The notes beneath the pieces are model-generated. The model did no database searches. It saw only the letters and a list, made by a program, of their open reading frames with translations, and was not told where the DNA came from. 64,000 bases of DNA from Macrostomum lignano (taxonomy: Eukaryota): positions 248,001 to 312,000 of the forward strand of contig NIVC01000168.1 in the NCBI GenBank assembly GCA_002269645.1, read 5' to 3'. This document shows positions 14,301 through 26,300 of this stretch, piece after piece. The position numbers were made by a program, and so were the translations under genes. Positions within the stretch are counted from its first letter, which is position 1, and each line of letters begins with the position of its first letter.

Positions 14301-17300
14301 TGGCGACCTTTGATTTGGGCCGCTTTGTCAAGCAATTCAGTGACGTCGCGTCGCGAGTAGAAGGCTGAATCGCGGTAGGTCTCGCGTGTAGCGCAGCTGG
14401 GCAACAAAACCAATGTTCCGAAGCAGCGGGGACCTAGACCGGTCTCCAGATCTTCGAGGAATTCGGTCAGCGGAGGCAGCATCAGCGTCATTTCTTCCAA
14501 CGGCTTGTTCGCTGCTGCATTCGATTGAATAAATTAATGGGAGAGCATGCGTTTATATGCGATTTGAGATTTTTTAGTCTAAGACAAACTGCAAAGGACT
14601 AATTCTGAAGTAGACTATTTACTACAACACCAAAGTATCAAACGAACCTGTGTCCGATTTTTGTTGCTGCTGATTATTTTCTAGTTGCTCCTCTTGTTGA
14701 ACTTCGTCAGCCGAAGCGTTACGGGCGGCTGCCGAGGCAGCCAAAAACTCTTCAATGCCTGCGAGCAGTCGATCCGGTCTGAGCAGCTTCAACAGCAGCA
14801 GATCGCACAGAAGTAAAACTCTCGGCTCGAGATCATCGCGCTGACTAGTTCGCCTTGAACTGAGCGCTGCCAGCGTAGCGCTTTCGGCTGCTCCTGTGCA
14901 AAATTTACTCCAGAAGGAGTCCTCATCCTTAGCCACGGCCTCGTGCACAGTCGACCAGGGTCCGTCTAAGCTGCTGAGTGCAACAATGTCATCCCATCGA
15001 TCGGCTGGGCAGAAAACTGGACGCTGAAGTCCACTGGTATCTGCTGGGATGGAGCTTCGAATGCCCCTGTCCGAGTACGCTGAAACCAGGAAAAAGGACT
15101 TCTAAAAAACCGAGACCATCAAGCCAACTGCCGAATAAGTTAGTTTGCAGAAAGGTTTTGGGCAGCCAGTAAGCTAGCAGTTATGGATATTTATACAAAC
15201 ACGCACTCCCTCAGCGTGCACTGCGGTCTGATTTGAGAGTCAGACGGACCACCCGCAAAGCTACTTCCCCCCACCTACTGACTACCGAGCCAACTCACCT
15301 TCAAACAGAAAGTCCAAGTACCCATCTGGAATTCCTGTCACACGCGGTAGCTCTGTCAGCCGAAGTAGCAGACCGAAGAGCAGCCGATCCTCGTGAAACA
15401 GTGACGGTCCGAACCGATGATAGACACCGTTGCGAAGGCGCGTCAGCGCTTTGTCGGTCCAACCGTCTGGAGGCTCTGAAGCGTCTTGCTGCTGCTGCTC
15501 TGGCTGACTCTGCTCATATCCATCTTCAGCTGACTTTTCGCCCGTTTCGTTGTTTTCGTCGTTGGCTGTTTTTTCGTCTCGCTTCTGTAGCTGTTTCTCA
15601 GGTTTCGCAAGCAGCTCAGCTTCGTCGAATTCAATTTCAGTCTCTAGCTCGTCATCTTCGTTGGAGCTAGCCGCTGCTGCTGCGCTAGCGGCTGCAGCTG
15701 CTGATGCTTCGAGTTCGGCAGCAGCAGCTGCCTCTTCGGCATCTGGTGGCAGCACGCGTCGAGAGCGAAGAGAGCCGCGTTTAGCCAGGTAAGCTTCAAG
15801 CGGTTGCAGAAGCTCCACGCGCCTGCCAGCAGCTCGACCAGTGATTTCTTGCATGAGACGGTCGCGCTGCTCAGTGGCTTTAGCCGAGAGCACCTCCTGG
15901 ACAAAAGCTTCGTCGTCTGCGAAGAGAAAACATAGGAAGTTGTGGGTTTATGAGGTATATTTTTTCTAACTAAGTAGCCTTTCATTAAATAATGTATGGA
16001 AAGTAAGATAAATAATGCTTACTCTCTTCTCCTTCTAAAATTTTGTAAGCAGCTTCATCTGACGGCCCCTCGTCGCCTTGGATGGACTTGCGACGTTCCT
16101 CTGCCGTCGCCTTCGACTCGTCCTGTTTAGATACCGATTTGGCAGTTTTTTTCTTGACCAGCGTTTTCTTCAAACTGCCCGATTCCATCACCTCTTCGAA
16201 GTCTTCCGGCAGAGGTTCACCATCAGGGTCAACAGCCAGGTCGAATAGTCGCAGGAATTCATGTAGTGGATAGCGGTACTCAAACTGGAGCACACCGAGG
16301 CCGCGCAGCGCATTGTACACGTCGGCTGCAGCGGCACCGAGACCGGCGGCCAAATCGCGACGCCGTTCAACGCCCGATGCACGTCGTTGCTCGCACCTAG
16401 TAGCGGCAGATACGGCGTCGATTCGATTGGCGGTGTCACTCATCGCTTTCATGCTGTCCTCACTCCACAGAGATTGAGAGTTCAGAGCCCCAGCTAGTTG
16501 GCTGCGTATCCGACGGACCAGGGCAGCCAGAAGGACTCGCAGTCTGGCTACTCGGTCAAGCGACGTCGCACGTTCCGCCAACTGGTCTGGCCAGAGTTTT
16601 GCAAAGGCGCGACGTTTCAATGTCTCGCCAAGACTTTCGCGCGACGCAACGCAATTAACCAAAGTCAGCTGGCTGCTGAAGTCTGGGCTGAGTAGGCGCT
16701 GCTGGGTGGCACCGGTGGCGAACATGGGAAGGAAATTGCGGCCGCAGAGCATCTTGCGCTGGTAAAAACGGATCCGTCGGCTCTCTGAAAATACAGGTTG
16801 AGACCATGCACTGGCGATGCTATTATAGAATTTATTTTACAATACGAGGTACAAACTAAACGGATCTGTTTATTTGGTTCAATAGTTAGTTATTGTAATA
16901 AATAAGAAAAACGGGTATGATGAGATAATTATACGCCTGTTCAAGAAAATCTTGGAGCCCAATTCGTGCGTTTAAAATTGATCGTTACCTGGTTCATCCT
17001 GGCCGAATGGGTTTCGCATGTTCATGAAGTGAACCAGCGGCTCAAAAAGATTGTCCGAATTATCGTTCAAGTTGTACATTAGAAGAGGCCGGCCTTCAGT
17101 GATAGCGCGTCGAACTTCGTCGAGAACTGTGGTCTCTCGTCTGCAAGGTGGTTGTAAACAACTATTTAGAAACATAAGTTGGATTAAAACAAAAACAGAC
17201 TTAAAAACTTTTTGCAGCCTAAGTAAACCTTTGATTCATGTCGATTCGGACAAGATCAGCAGCTGTCTCTGTGGTGAGCAGGTGCTTCAACTCCTGTTTG

Positions 17301-20300
17301 CGACCTCGGCTGTGCGGATCGATAAAGCACACCGGGCGATCGTTAGAAGCGCTGATGATTGCCGCATTGATCAGCTGGTGTGCGCTTAAGTCTGAAGAAA
17401 AGTGAAAACAACATTGCAAATTTTCCCTGCTAAATCCAAATTTATAGCCAACAGTGATTCGAACTAACCTTGTCTGTACCAGCACTGAGCAGTTGCTTCT
17501 CCGACAATAACGAAGCACAGAGCCTGGTAATAACGGTACAAACGGCTGCGTGACCAAACGCCCCTCTTTCCATCGGTTTCCAACGCTTCAGCTGCAGTCG
17601 AGGACATCAAAGAAGATGGTGCCCTCTCCTCATTGGTGGCTCGTCTAGATCGCCGTGTTGGACTTGCTCGTGGAGTTTCTTCGACTTGATCTTGTTCCTG
17701 CTGCTTGAGCTTCTCATCTTGTTCTTCACCATCATTTGGCTCTTTTGCAGCGCCCTGTTTCTGACCTTCAGATTCGTCTTCGTCTTTGTCGAGATCGCGA
17801 CCTTCGGCGGCCTCGACATCACCACGAGCTCGTTCCTTCTCACCGATCTCCTCTTTGCGCGCCTTCTCTAACTCGGCATCCTTTTCCTCATCTTCGTCTT
17901 CATCCAGATCGTCTTCTTCATCACCTTCATCGAGAGTCTTCTCGGCAGCGCCGAAGTGAAAAAGAATTTCTCGCCCACTAATTGGGTCCACCGAATCAAT
18001 AGCCAGCTGAAGGCCGCGCTCTTGCAGACACTCTGGCCAGACCTCTGTGAGCACTTGCTGTCGGAACTCCTGTTGGAACCGACCCAGATAAGTCACCAAG
18101 CCGGCTGCAACTGCACATGCGCCAGGTATAGCGCGGACTCGATCGACAAATGAGCGACATGTGCGTCGACACTTGCGCAACTCTTGGCGCATGATTCGAC
18201 GAAGCTTCTTAGCTGTGGCTAGCATCTCCTCCATCTTGCGCGTCTTCTCGTCTTGACTCTTCTTGTCGATCGTGGCTTCTTCAAAACCGACAGCAAGCTC
18301 TTTTAAGCGAGCTTCTAAAGCGATACGCTTCTGCTCCAGCGCAACGTTGCGAGTCTCCGCTTCTGCGACGCGCTTTGCAGTCTCTTCCATTCGTCGGTGC
18401 AGCGGGCGAACTCGTGTTGTGCATCATGTCTTGATAGCGCGCAACGCCGCCGATCCACTTGGCCAGTNNNNNNNNNNNNNNNNNNNNNNNNNNNNNNNNN
18501 NNNNNNNNNNNNNNNNNNNNNNNNNNNNNNNNNNNNNNNNNNNNNNNNNNNNNNNNNNNNNNNNNNNNNNNNNNNNNNNNNNNNNNNNNNNNNNNNNNNN
18601 NNNNNNNNNNNNNNNNNNNNNNNNNNNNNNNNNNNNNNNNNNNNNNNNNNNNNNNNNNNNNNNNNNNNNNNNNNNNNNNNNNNNNNNNNNNNNNNNNNNN
18701 NNNNNNNNNNNNNNNNNNNNNNNNNNNNNNNNNNNNNNNNNNNNNNNNNNNNNNNNNNNNNNNNNNNNNTTTTCCTGCTGTATCTGGGTGAGGGTCGCCT
18801 CTGCTTTTTGATGCTCTTGCGCAACTAGCGCGTGCCTGGTAGCCGCAAGAGCGCAGAACTTTTCTACGAACTTGCTGTACGACGTATTGTTTACGTCGAT
18901 GAGGCAGGCCGGTTGGCTTTTCCTGGCTGAGTTGTCCGACGCCGCTGAGCTCAAACAGGCGCGTCGCAGCGCCGAATGCATCGAAGCCAATAAATGAGCG
19001 AGGTTTTCTCGGATCAGCGGATCCTTAAGCCAGTCTATGGACTCCAGATGGTAGGCAGCATGCTCTACTAGCTGGTTGGGGTGCCAGTGCTGTAGCCAGA
19101 TAAAGTTGATGGTGCTAATGAGCACAGGGAACTGCTGGCAGAGTCGGTGGAACGGCTGTTCAGCGTCAGTAACAATTAGACAGATGCGGAAGTTGCGACG
19201 TACTCCTCTAGAGAAAGAGAAATGGGAGCGTCGATTTTAATGATTTACTGTAAGCTACTGGTAGTAGATTTTAATGATTTACTGTAAGCTACTGGTAGTA
19301 GATTTTAATGATTTACTGTAAGCTACTGGTAGTAGATTTTAATGATTTACTGTAAGCTACTGGTAGTAGATTTTAATGATTTACTGTAAGCTACTGGTAG
19401 TAGATTTTAATGATTTACTGTAAGCTACTGGTAGTAGATTTTAATGATTTACTGTAAGCTACTGGTAGTAGATTTTAATGATTTACTGTAAGCTACTGGT
19501 AGCGAATCGCCAAGATTCTTACCTGAGGAAAAACTCCCAGGCTACTTCTCGATTGTAAGTTAGCCCAGCCTGTGCCACGTCGGTCCGTACCGAGTTGACG
19601 ATTTTAGTCTGCTCCTCCGGCGAGAACAGGTGGTTAATATTGCCGTGGATGATGAACTCCGACAGGTAGACAAACAGGCTGTCCTCGAGGATTTCGTGAT
19701 CACGCAGGAGGAACATCAGCTTTTCATTCTAAAATAATGTAATATAGGTAAAATGAGCTTGAACACACTGATAGGGTTTTTATTGTAAGCTTCGAAAATC
19801 TATAAACAAGAGCAGAAATAGAAAATTTGTACTAATTTGAGGTTGCCCGCTAACCAATAACAAACTACAGCAAAGTAGCTCATATTGAAGAATTACTCCA
19901 CTATGATAGACCCGTTATATAAGAGAGCATTTCGTAGCAATAACTGGTCATACGTGACAAAGGCAGGGTTGTAAACAACAATATAAACGTGCACCACACA
20001 AATATGTGCATCGATGTAGCTTGCAGAAGGTATAGTGATAGACGAAAAACAATGGAAGAGCCAGTTGACACTCGAGCAGTGGGAGGCACACTTATAGCCA
20101 ATGAATTCATATGGCAGAGCTGTTTGGGTTTGTATCTAGCCAATCACATTACCAGTGGGTCATTTATCCGGTGCCTTTTGTCAATAGTTGACTCAACATT
20201 TAGGCTCTCCTTAAATTATCGACAAGAAATTGGCAAGCAATAGGCAAACAGGTTTTTGTAGTACAATTTTTTGTTGGAAATATAGTCACTACTTCAAGCA

Positions 20301-23300
20301 GAGCCCAAGCGCCTATTTTTAAAGGAAATAGTTGAAACAAAAATAAAGTATTTTTCATTGTACCCTCGTACCTTGCAGTAGGTACTCTCGGATTAAAAAA
20401 AAGTGAATGCGTTAACGAAAAACCCGGAAAAAACAAACAAATGCAAAGTTCAGCTGCAAACAGAAATTATGCAGCAATAAGTACTAAGCAAAAGCAAGCA
20501 TCTTGCAAATGAACAAAAAGCCGGATAGATAGAGAGTTAAATTATCGAATAAATGGTATATCTTATAAAGGTTGTTTTCCTATAATTTTTTTTCTCAAAA
20601 AACAGACCGTCACGACACCACCGCTCGAGTCTTCTACTCGAGACTCTAATTCGTCCTGGAAACCGCAATGCAAATAGAAATTTTGTGCATTGAGGTGTTA
20701 AGGTATGTGTTAACCTTTATCTTTGGTTATATCGTTCCAAATCACGAATAGCTGAACTGTTGTACTAATTAAAACATTTTTTATTTAACACAGTAGACTC
20801 AAGCAATAAAGAGTATAAAGAGTCGTCCAAGAATCGCTGTATTGGCGTTTTAATTTTCTAATAATTAGCCAGAGACCCAACTCAGTGACCCTAAAGTGAC
20901 TTTAGCACGCCTTAAATATGATTTTTCGGCCCCGGAGTAATTTCAGAGTCGCAAACAAGAAAATTCTTTAAAGTGATTGTTTGGCGACTCTGTGGCGACT
21001 TACAATTTACTTCGTATTGTAACGTGACATTTCGTCGTTTTAGAGTTCGATGCGGATTTAAATTAATAAATCAAGGAGCATACGTCAGCTTTTCCAGCTG
21101 ATGGATAAGTTTCAAATTTAAATGTAATTAGGGGCAATTGTGTATAAAACTACTATAATCGCAAAGTCAGGACCTGAATTGAGAGTAGGTTCAGCGAGTA
21201 AAACAAAAAGTTCATATTAGCTTTATAAATTCTCACCATATCTTTGTGAGAAAGTTTAGATACACAAAACTTTCTGAAGTATTTCAAAACTGACAATTAA
21301 TTAATAATGACATTTCAAATAAAAAATATTTCTCACCTTGACGCCAGCATTGGTGTAAGCTGCCACCAAATCTCTTTTGAACTGTTCAACCTTGTTGTTG
21401 CCCTCGGATGTGAGACTAGCAGGCGTGGACTGGATAACCTTGAAGCCAGCCAGGTGGGCAGCTAGTCGAGCCAACAATGCCGAAATACCCGGATTGCCTT
21501 CGGCAACTACAGCGATGTGGCCGAAGTTGTGCGGCGACAGCAGGGTCCGAGCGATGCGCGAAACCTCGGCTAGCGTGCGCTGGCGAGGAAAAGAGCGGGG
21601 ATGGAAGCACTCTGCACAAGGTAGAAAGTTAGAAAATCTTAACCAACCCTATTCGTGGCTAGCTTATTGTTTTAGAGGCAGGGGCTGCGTGCACTCTGGC
21701 GCACTTTAAGCGACATTGTCACTTAGGCACGCAAGAGCAGGCACACAAGCGTACGCAGTCATACGCACGGCACATACTTACACAGGAGTGTACAGCGGCC
21801 CTAACTTTATTTCTATTCAGGCATGTACACTTCACTGTGTCTTGGGGGGTTGGCACAAGCCGAGATTCCAATTTAGTCCCAAATTTATGTGACTGATTGG
21901 AATCGAGCCTGGGCCGCTGGCACATCAGAACACTAGGCTACGGGCCCTGTGGCTATCCAAATAATGTTCAATGTTTACAATATTCTATAATAAGAGGCTT
22001 AAAAAGGTCGATCTGAGTTTTTCTTGATGAAAATGCAAATCAGCTTTCGCAGGTTTAGGATACCTTTTGATTCAGTCAAGGTTATTCAAGGTTATTCATC
22101 TGTATCTCGGTTTGAATTTATTCTTTCTGATTATTAATATTATTTTTAATGTACTTTTTAATATAAACCTACCTGCCAAGTTCCAAAACCAAAATTTCAA
22201 AGCAAAGAAAACGAAAAGAAAGTGAAAATTACATTATACAGTGGAAGACGAATAGTTGGATTATTCTTATTAAACTCGGCGATCGCGTCAGTGATCAGCT
22301 CGCGCAGTCGATCGTTGCTAGACACGATGGCGTAGCCGTCGCCCCAGGTCCAATCTGGATCGTTTTGAGTCTTCGTGCTGATTGCGGACACAAGACCGCT
22401 GTCTTGCAAAGCTATGCTCGAGCATAGCGGCGGCTTTGGCTGCAGTAGAATCTCCATCTGTGATATTTGAAGAGAAATGACTTACTAAGAAGGCCGCGTT
22501 TGTTTCATAAAAATTTACATCTATTGAGAAAAAGGACTTCAAACTCACAAGTTCATCAGCCAGTTTCTGAAATAATAAAAAGGAAGATTAGAATGTTCTT
22601 AAACTTGTTTTTGGTAAATACTCAGAAAATAACTATTTACACGGGAGTTGTGGGCACCCTGGTGCAACGCCTTCAGTGACAACCAAGCGCGCCAATACTG
22701 TAGACAGAGTCACACACACGCTCACACAGGGTGTACAGGGGCCTTGACTTTCTAATCGTCAGGCATGTACATTCTCTGTGCCTTGGGGTTGACCCTTATG
22801 GATTTGAATTGCACGACAACCCCAAGGTCAAAGTTTTGCACAAGCCTCAATTTAATTTGGCCTAGCAGGGGAGTCCAATCACGGATCATAACGCTGAGCT
22901 GCTCTGCACAACTGGTAAATGCGCAATTAAAAAAATCCGTATATAAACGCGTAAGATTGCTTACGTATTCCTCCGCAAACTGTTTCTTCACGGCGTTGGC
23001 AAAGGCTCGCCTGTACCGATCCTTGTCGACGTAGTCAACCATGCGTTCGGCGAACACCCAGTCGCATTCGTTGCGCCACAATTGCAGAAGTGGCTTTTTC
23101 TGCACGTCGCTGTTCAACGATTGGCAGAGGTTGCGGAAAACGGTGCTCAGAGTTCGCAGCGAGAACACGTAGTGACTGCGACGAGCCGTTGGTAGGAACA
23201 TCGAACGGAGGTTCTCCTGTCGAAAGAAAATTACGTAATGTTATTTTTGCAGCAATTAAAGGAACTTGCGCAATAAACTTTAGAATGTTTCATCAACATT

Positions 23301-26300
23301 TCTTTTCAAAAAGAACGAATTAATTACTTTCAGGTATGTTTGCTATCCTATTTCAGACTTTTAGTGCTCGAAATTTGTATCATAAACTGATGCAGAACAT
23401 CAAATTTTCGATTCAGTAAATTCTTAAAACCCTCGAATTAAAAATCAACTATACCCGAATTTACCTGCAAATCCACTGTAACCCGAACCAGTTGATCCAG
23501 CAGCGATCGAACCGATCGATCTGGCCCGTAGCTGTGCATGACGCGAATCTCCTCGGGCGATAGCGCCGTCTCATTGTGCTGAAAGAAGTGCGCCATTATC
23601 ATCGTGGAGAACAAGCGGCACTGCTCAGCTTGGCTGGGGTAATTGACCGCCAGCACGCTGAAATGATTCACAAATCGCTGCTTGACAGTGGCGCCGCCGG
23701 CTATGCCTGGGTTGAGTGCGGCGATGAAGTGCAGCGACTTCAATGTTCGCCAGGATTGTGTTGCTGCAAAATGGTGCCCGCCTTCGTCGATGAGCTGACG
23801 AAGCAGTTCACTGGAAGTCTGACGTCCCGCATCGTCTGTGGCGGCTAGATTAAGATCGTCAACAAAGCACATGAGTCGCTTGCCGCCGAGAGGTACATAC
23901 AGCTTGCCGTCCTTCCATTCGAGCTTCTCGTCGAGCCTCTCGGTAATGAGGCGAGCATTTGTGTAACGGTTCGCGTACACGCTGACGTTCAGAATTTCGG
24001 ACACTTCACTGCTGCAGACGGTACGGATGCGCTCGCCGACAATGGCCGACTTGCCGCAGCCGCGAGGCCCAACCAGCAGCACCGGGGTGCCCAAGTCAGA
24101 CAGGAGGCTCAGACAGTAACTCACCGCCTGACTAGACGGTGTCTGGACAAAAGCGTGCGTTGGAATGCCGGAATTGATGGTGCCCTGATACATAGGTATC
24201 AGCTCTTGCCAGGGCTGCCACTCTAGCCGATCCACATCCAAGTAGTATTCGAATATTGAGCCTTGCTGCGGTATTCTCTCGTTTTCAAACGTAGCTCGCC
24301 ACCATTCGCTCATTTTTCGCTGACTATCTTGAGTTAAATTGGCGCCGAAGCCCCACACAGCGGCAAACACGACCAGCTGCTCATAGTCTTCGTCGCGCAG
24401 TTGATGCAGCGAAGCTGAATTGATGAGACTTTCCAACAGCCGTTGTGTTGTACGCAACGAACTCTCGTACGATTGGTTGATAAGTCGCTCAAGCCTTGGT
24501 AGTCCTCCCATCGGCCGTCCCAGCGTTGGCTGCTTCATGGCCTCGGTGACGAACCCGTGCAGTTTCGGCAAATACTTGTCAAACACAGTCATCAAGCTCA
24601 ACGACTCATCGCCAGGACGATCCTCCAGCCAGCGCGTTAGAAACGGTGGCACCGGGGAGGAATCGGGACCGACGAACATGAGTTGCACTCTCGAGGCCAG
24701 GCCTGGACTGCAGTCCTCTAGAGTTTCCATCTCCCAGACGACGCGAATAGGCTCTGGAAAGATAAGCTTCTGACCACTAAGAAGTGTGATGAAGTTTGGT
24801 TTATCTAACAGGCTCTGGATAACTTCCCACTGGGCTGCGCTGCAGGTACCGTCAAGTCGCAGCAAATTGCGCCGAGTAGAATCGTTGCTACTAGTTTCGT
24901 CAGTTGAGCATGACGTAAACTGACTCAAAAGTGCCCCTAGCACACTAGGTTGCCATCGGCCTTTTTCAAATGCTCCAACGAGCTCTTCGGCTGAGAGAGC
25001 ACCCGGATAGAGACACTGTACTTGCATCGGCACTTGCATTAGCTGCATTAGGCGCTCGTAAGCGCGGAATACTGTTGTCTTGCCAACGCCGCTTGGTCCA
25101 ACGATGGCAACGGCGTTTGAGTGTTCCGCCATGTTGTAAAGCTTTGTCAAGCTGCACTCGAAAGGGACGCTGTTGATGAAACGGTCCCCGTTCAACACAT
25201 GATCGAGAGCCGCCACCAGGCTTAGAGGTGTCGTTTCGACTGCAGCACTTTCGGGCGTTCTCTTCGCACCAGCGGTGGTAGACGCAGCCGTAGCTGGCGG
25301 CTTTGCATCTGCTCCATCTTCTGACTTGGGCGTCTCAAAGCGCTCTTCAGCACTGTTAGCCTCGCGAAAGTCTAAGCTCGGAGGGCAGCCGGGGAATAAC
25401 TCAACGGCCAGCTGCTCAAAAAGCTGACCCTCAGACTGGCGTCGAAATGCAGGCGCTAGCAGGTCCCGCAGGCCGAGCAGTAGACTGTGGCTTTGAACTT
25501 CTGGCAAAACATCCTCTGGTAGTTTAGTCAGGGGCTCGGGGCGTGGCTCCGACTGAGCCATCAGGCTGCTCATCTCCGTTCGCATGCGCTGGTTTGTCAC
25601 AAACTGATTGTGCATGTGAACGTTGATTTTGTTGAGGTGCAACTCCACCTGCCTCGGATAGTGCCGCTCCGCCGCATCCACGACTTGGCTGAGGAACTGT
25701 AGTGTGCGGAACTCCCGGTCGCGATCAGCTGAAATTTCAATTTATTAATGAATTTTTTCTTTGAGTACTAGATTTCGAATATAATTTTACTTCAATCAGT
25801 CTACATCAATTGTTACGCGCATTGCACTGATTAAGCCCTGTCACTTACCGAAGGAGTCTTCCAGACGGTCGCAAATGCTTCTGTAACTAGCCAAAAAGTC
25901 CACAAGTCTATCAGCCAGTAGTTTAGGATGCTTAAAACCAATTAAGTCTAGTTTAGCTTCAGCCTGAGCGCGTTGGGTGAAGACACTCGGTTCCGTGATG
26001 CGCAGAGGCACAAGTCGAGTGAGCAGCGAAATAGGCAGAGCGGCTGCAAAATCTTCAAATTCGATGGGTCTCACAGCGAACGGTACAGTATCGCTATGTC
26101 GCTTCTGAGACCGGGTGTTACCTCCCAAAGTGCAGAAACATGCGCTGTTCTCTGTCATGACTGCTTCTTGCTCATCGTCTTGCTGTTGCTGCTTTGAAGG
26201 AGCGTCCTCTCCGTCATCTACTGAGTCTTTGGGCGCTTGAGACGCAGCCGCCGGAGCGACATTAACTTGTGTCAGCAAGCGAGCCAGCTTGTTCGCCGAC

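Noticed and set aside
19233-19502. Possible CRISPR-like arrays (this and the 26-, 20- and 25-bp arrays)
   Set aside because: Head-to-tail repeats without unique spacers; eukaryotic introns; no cas genes.
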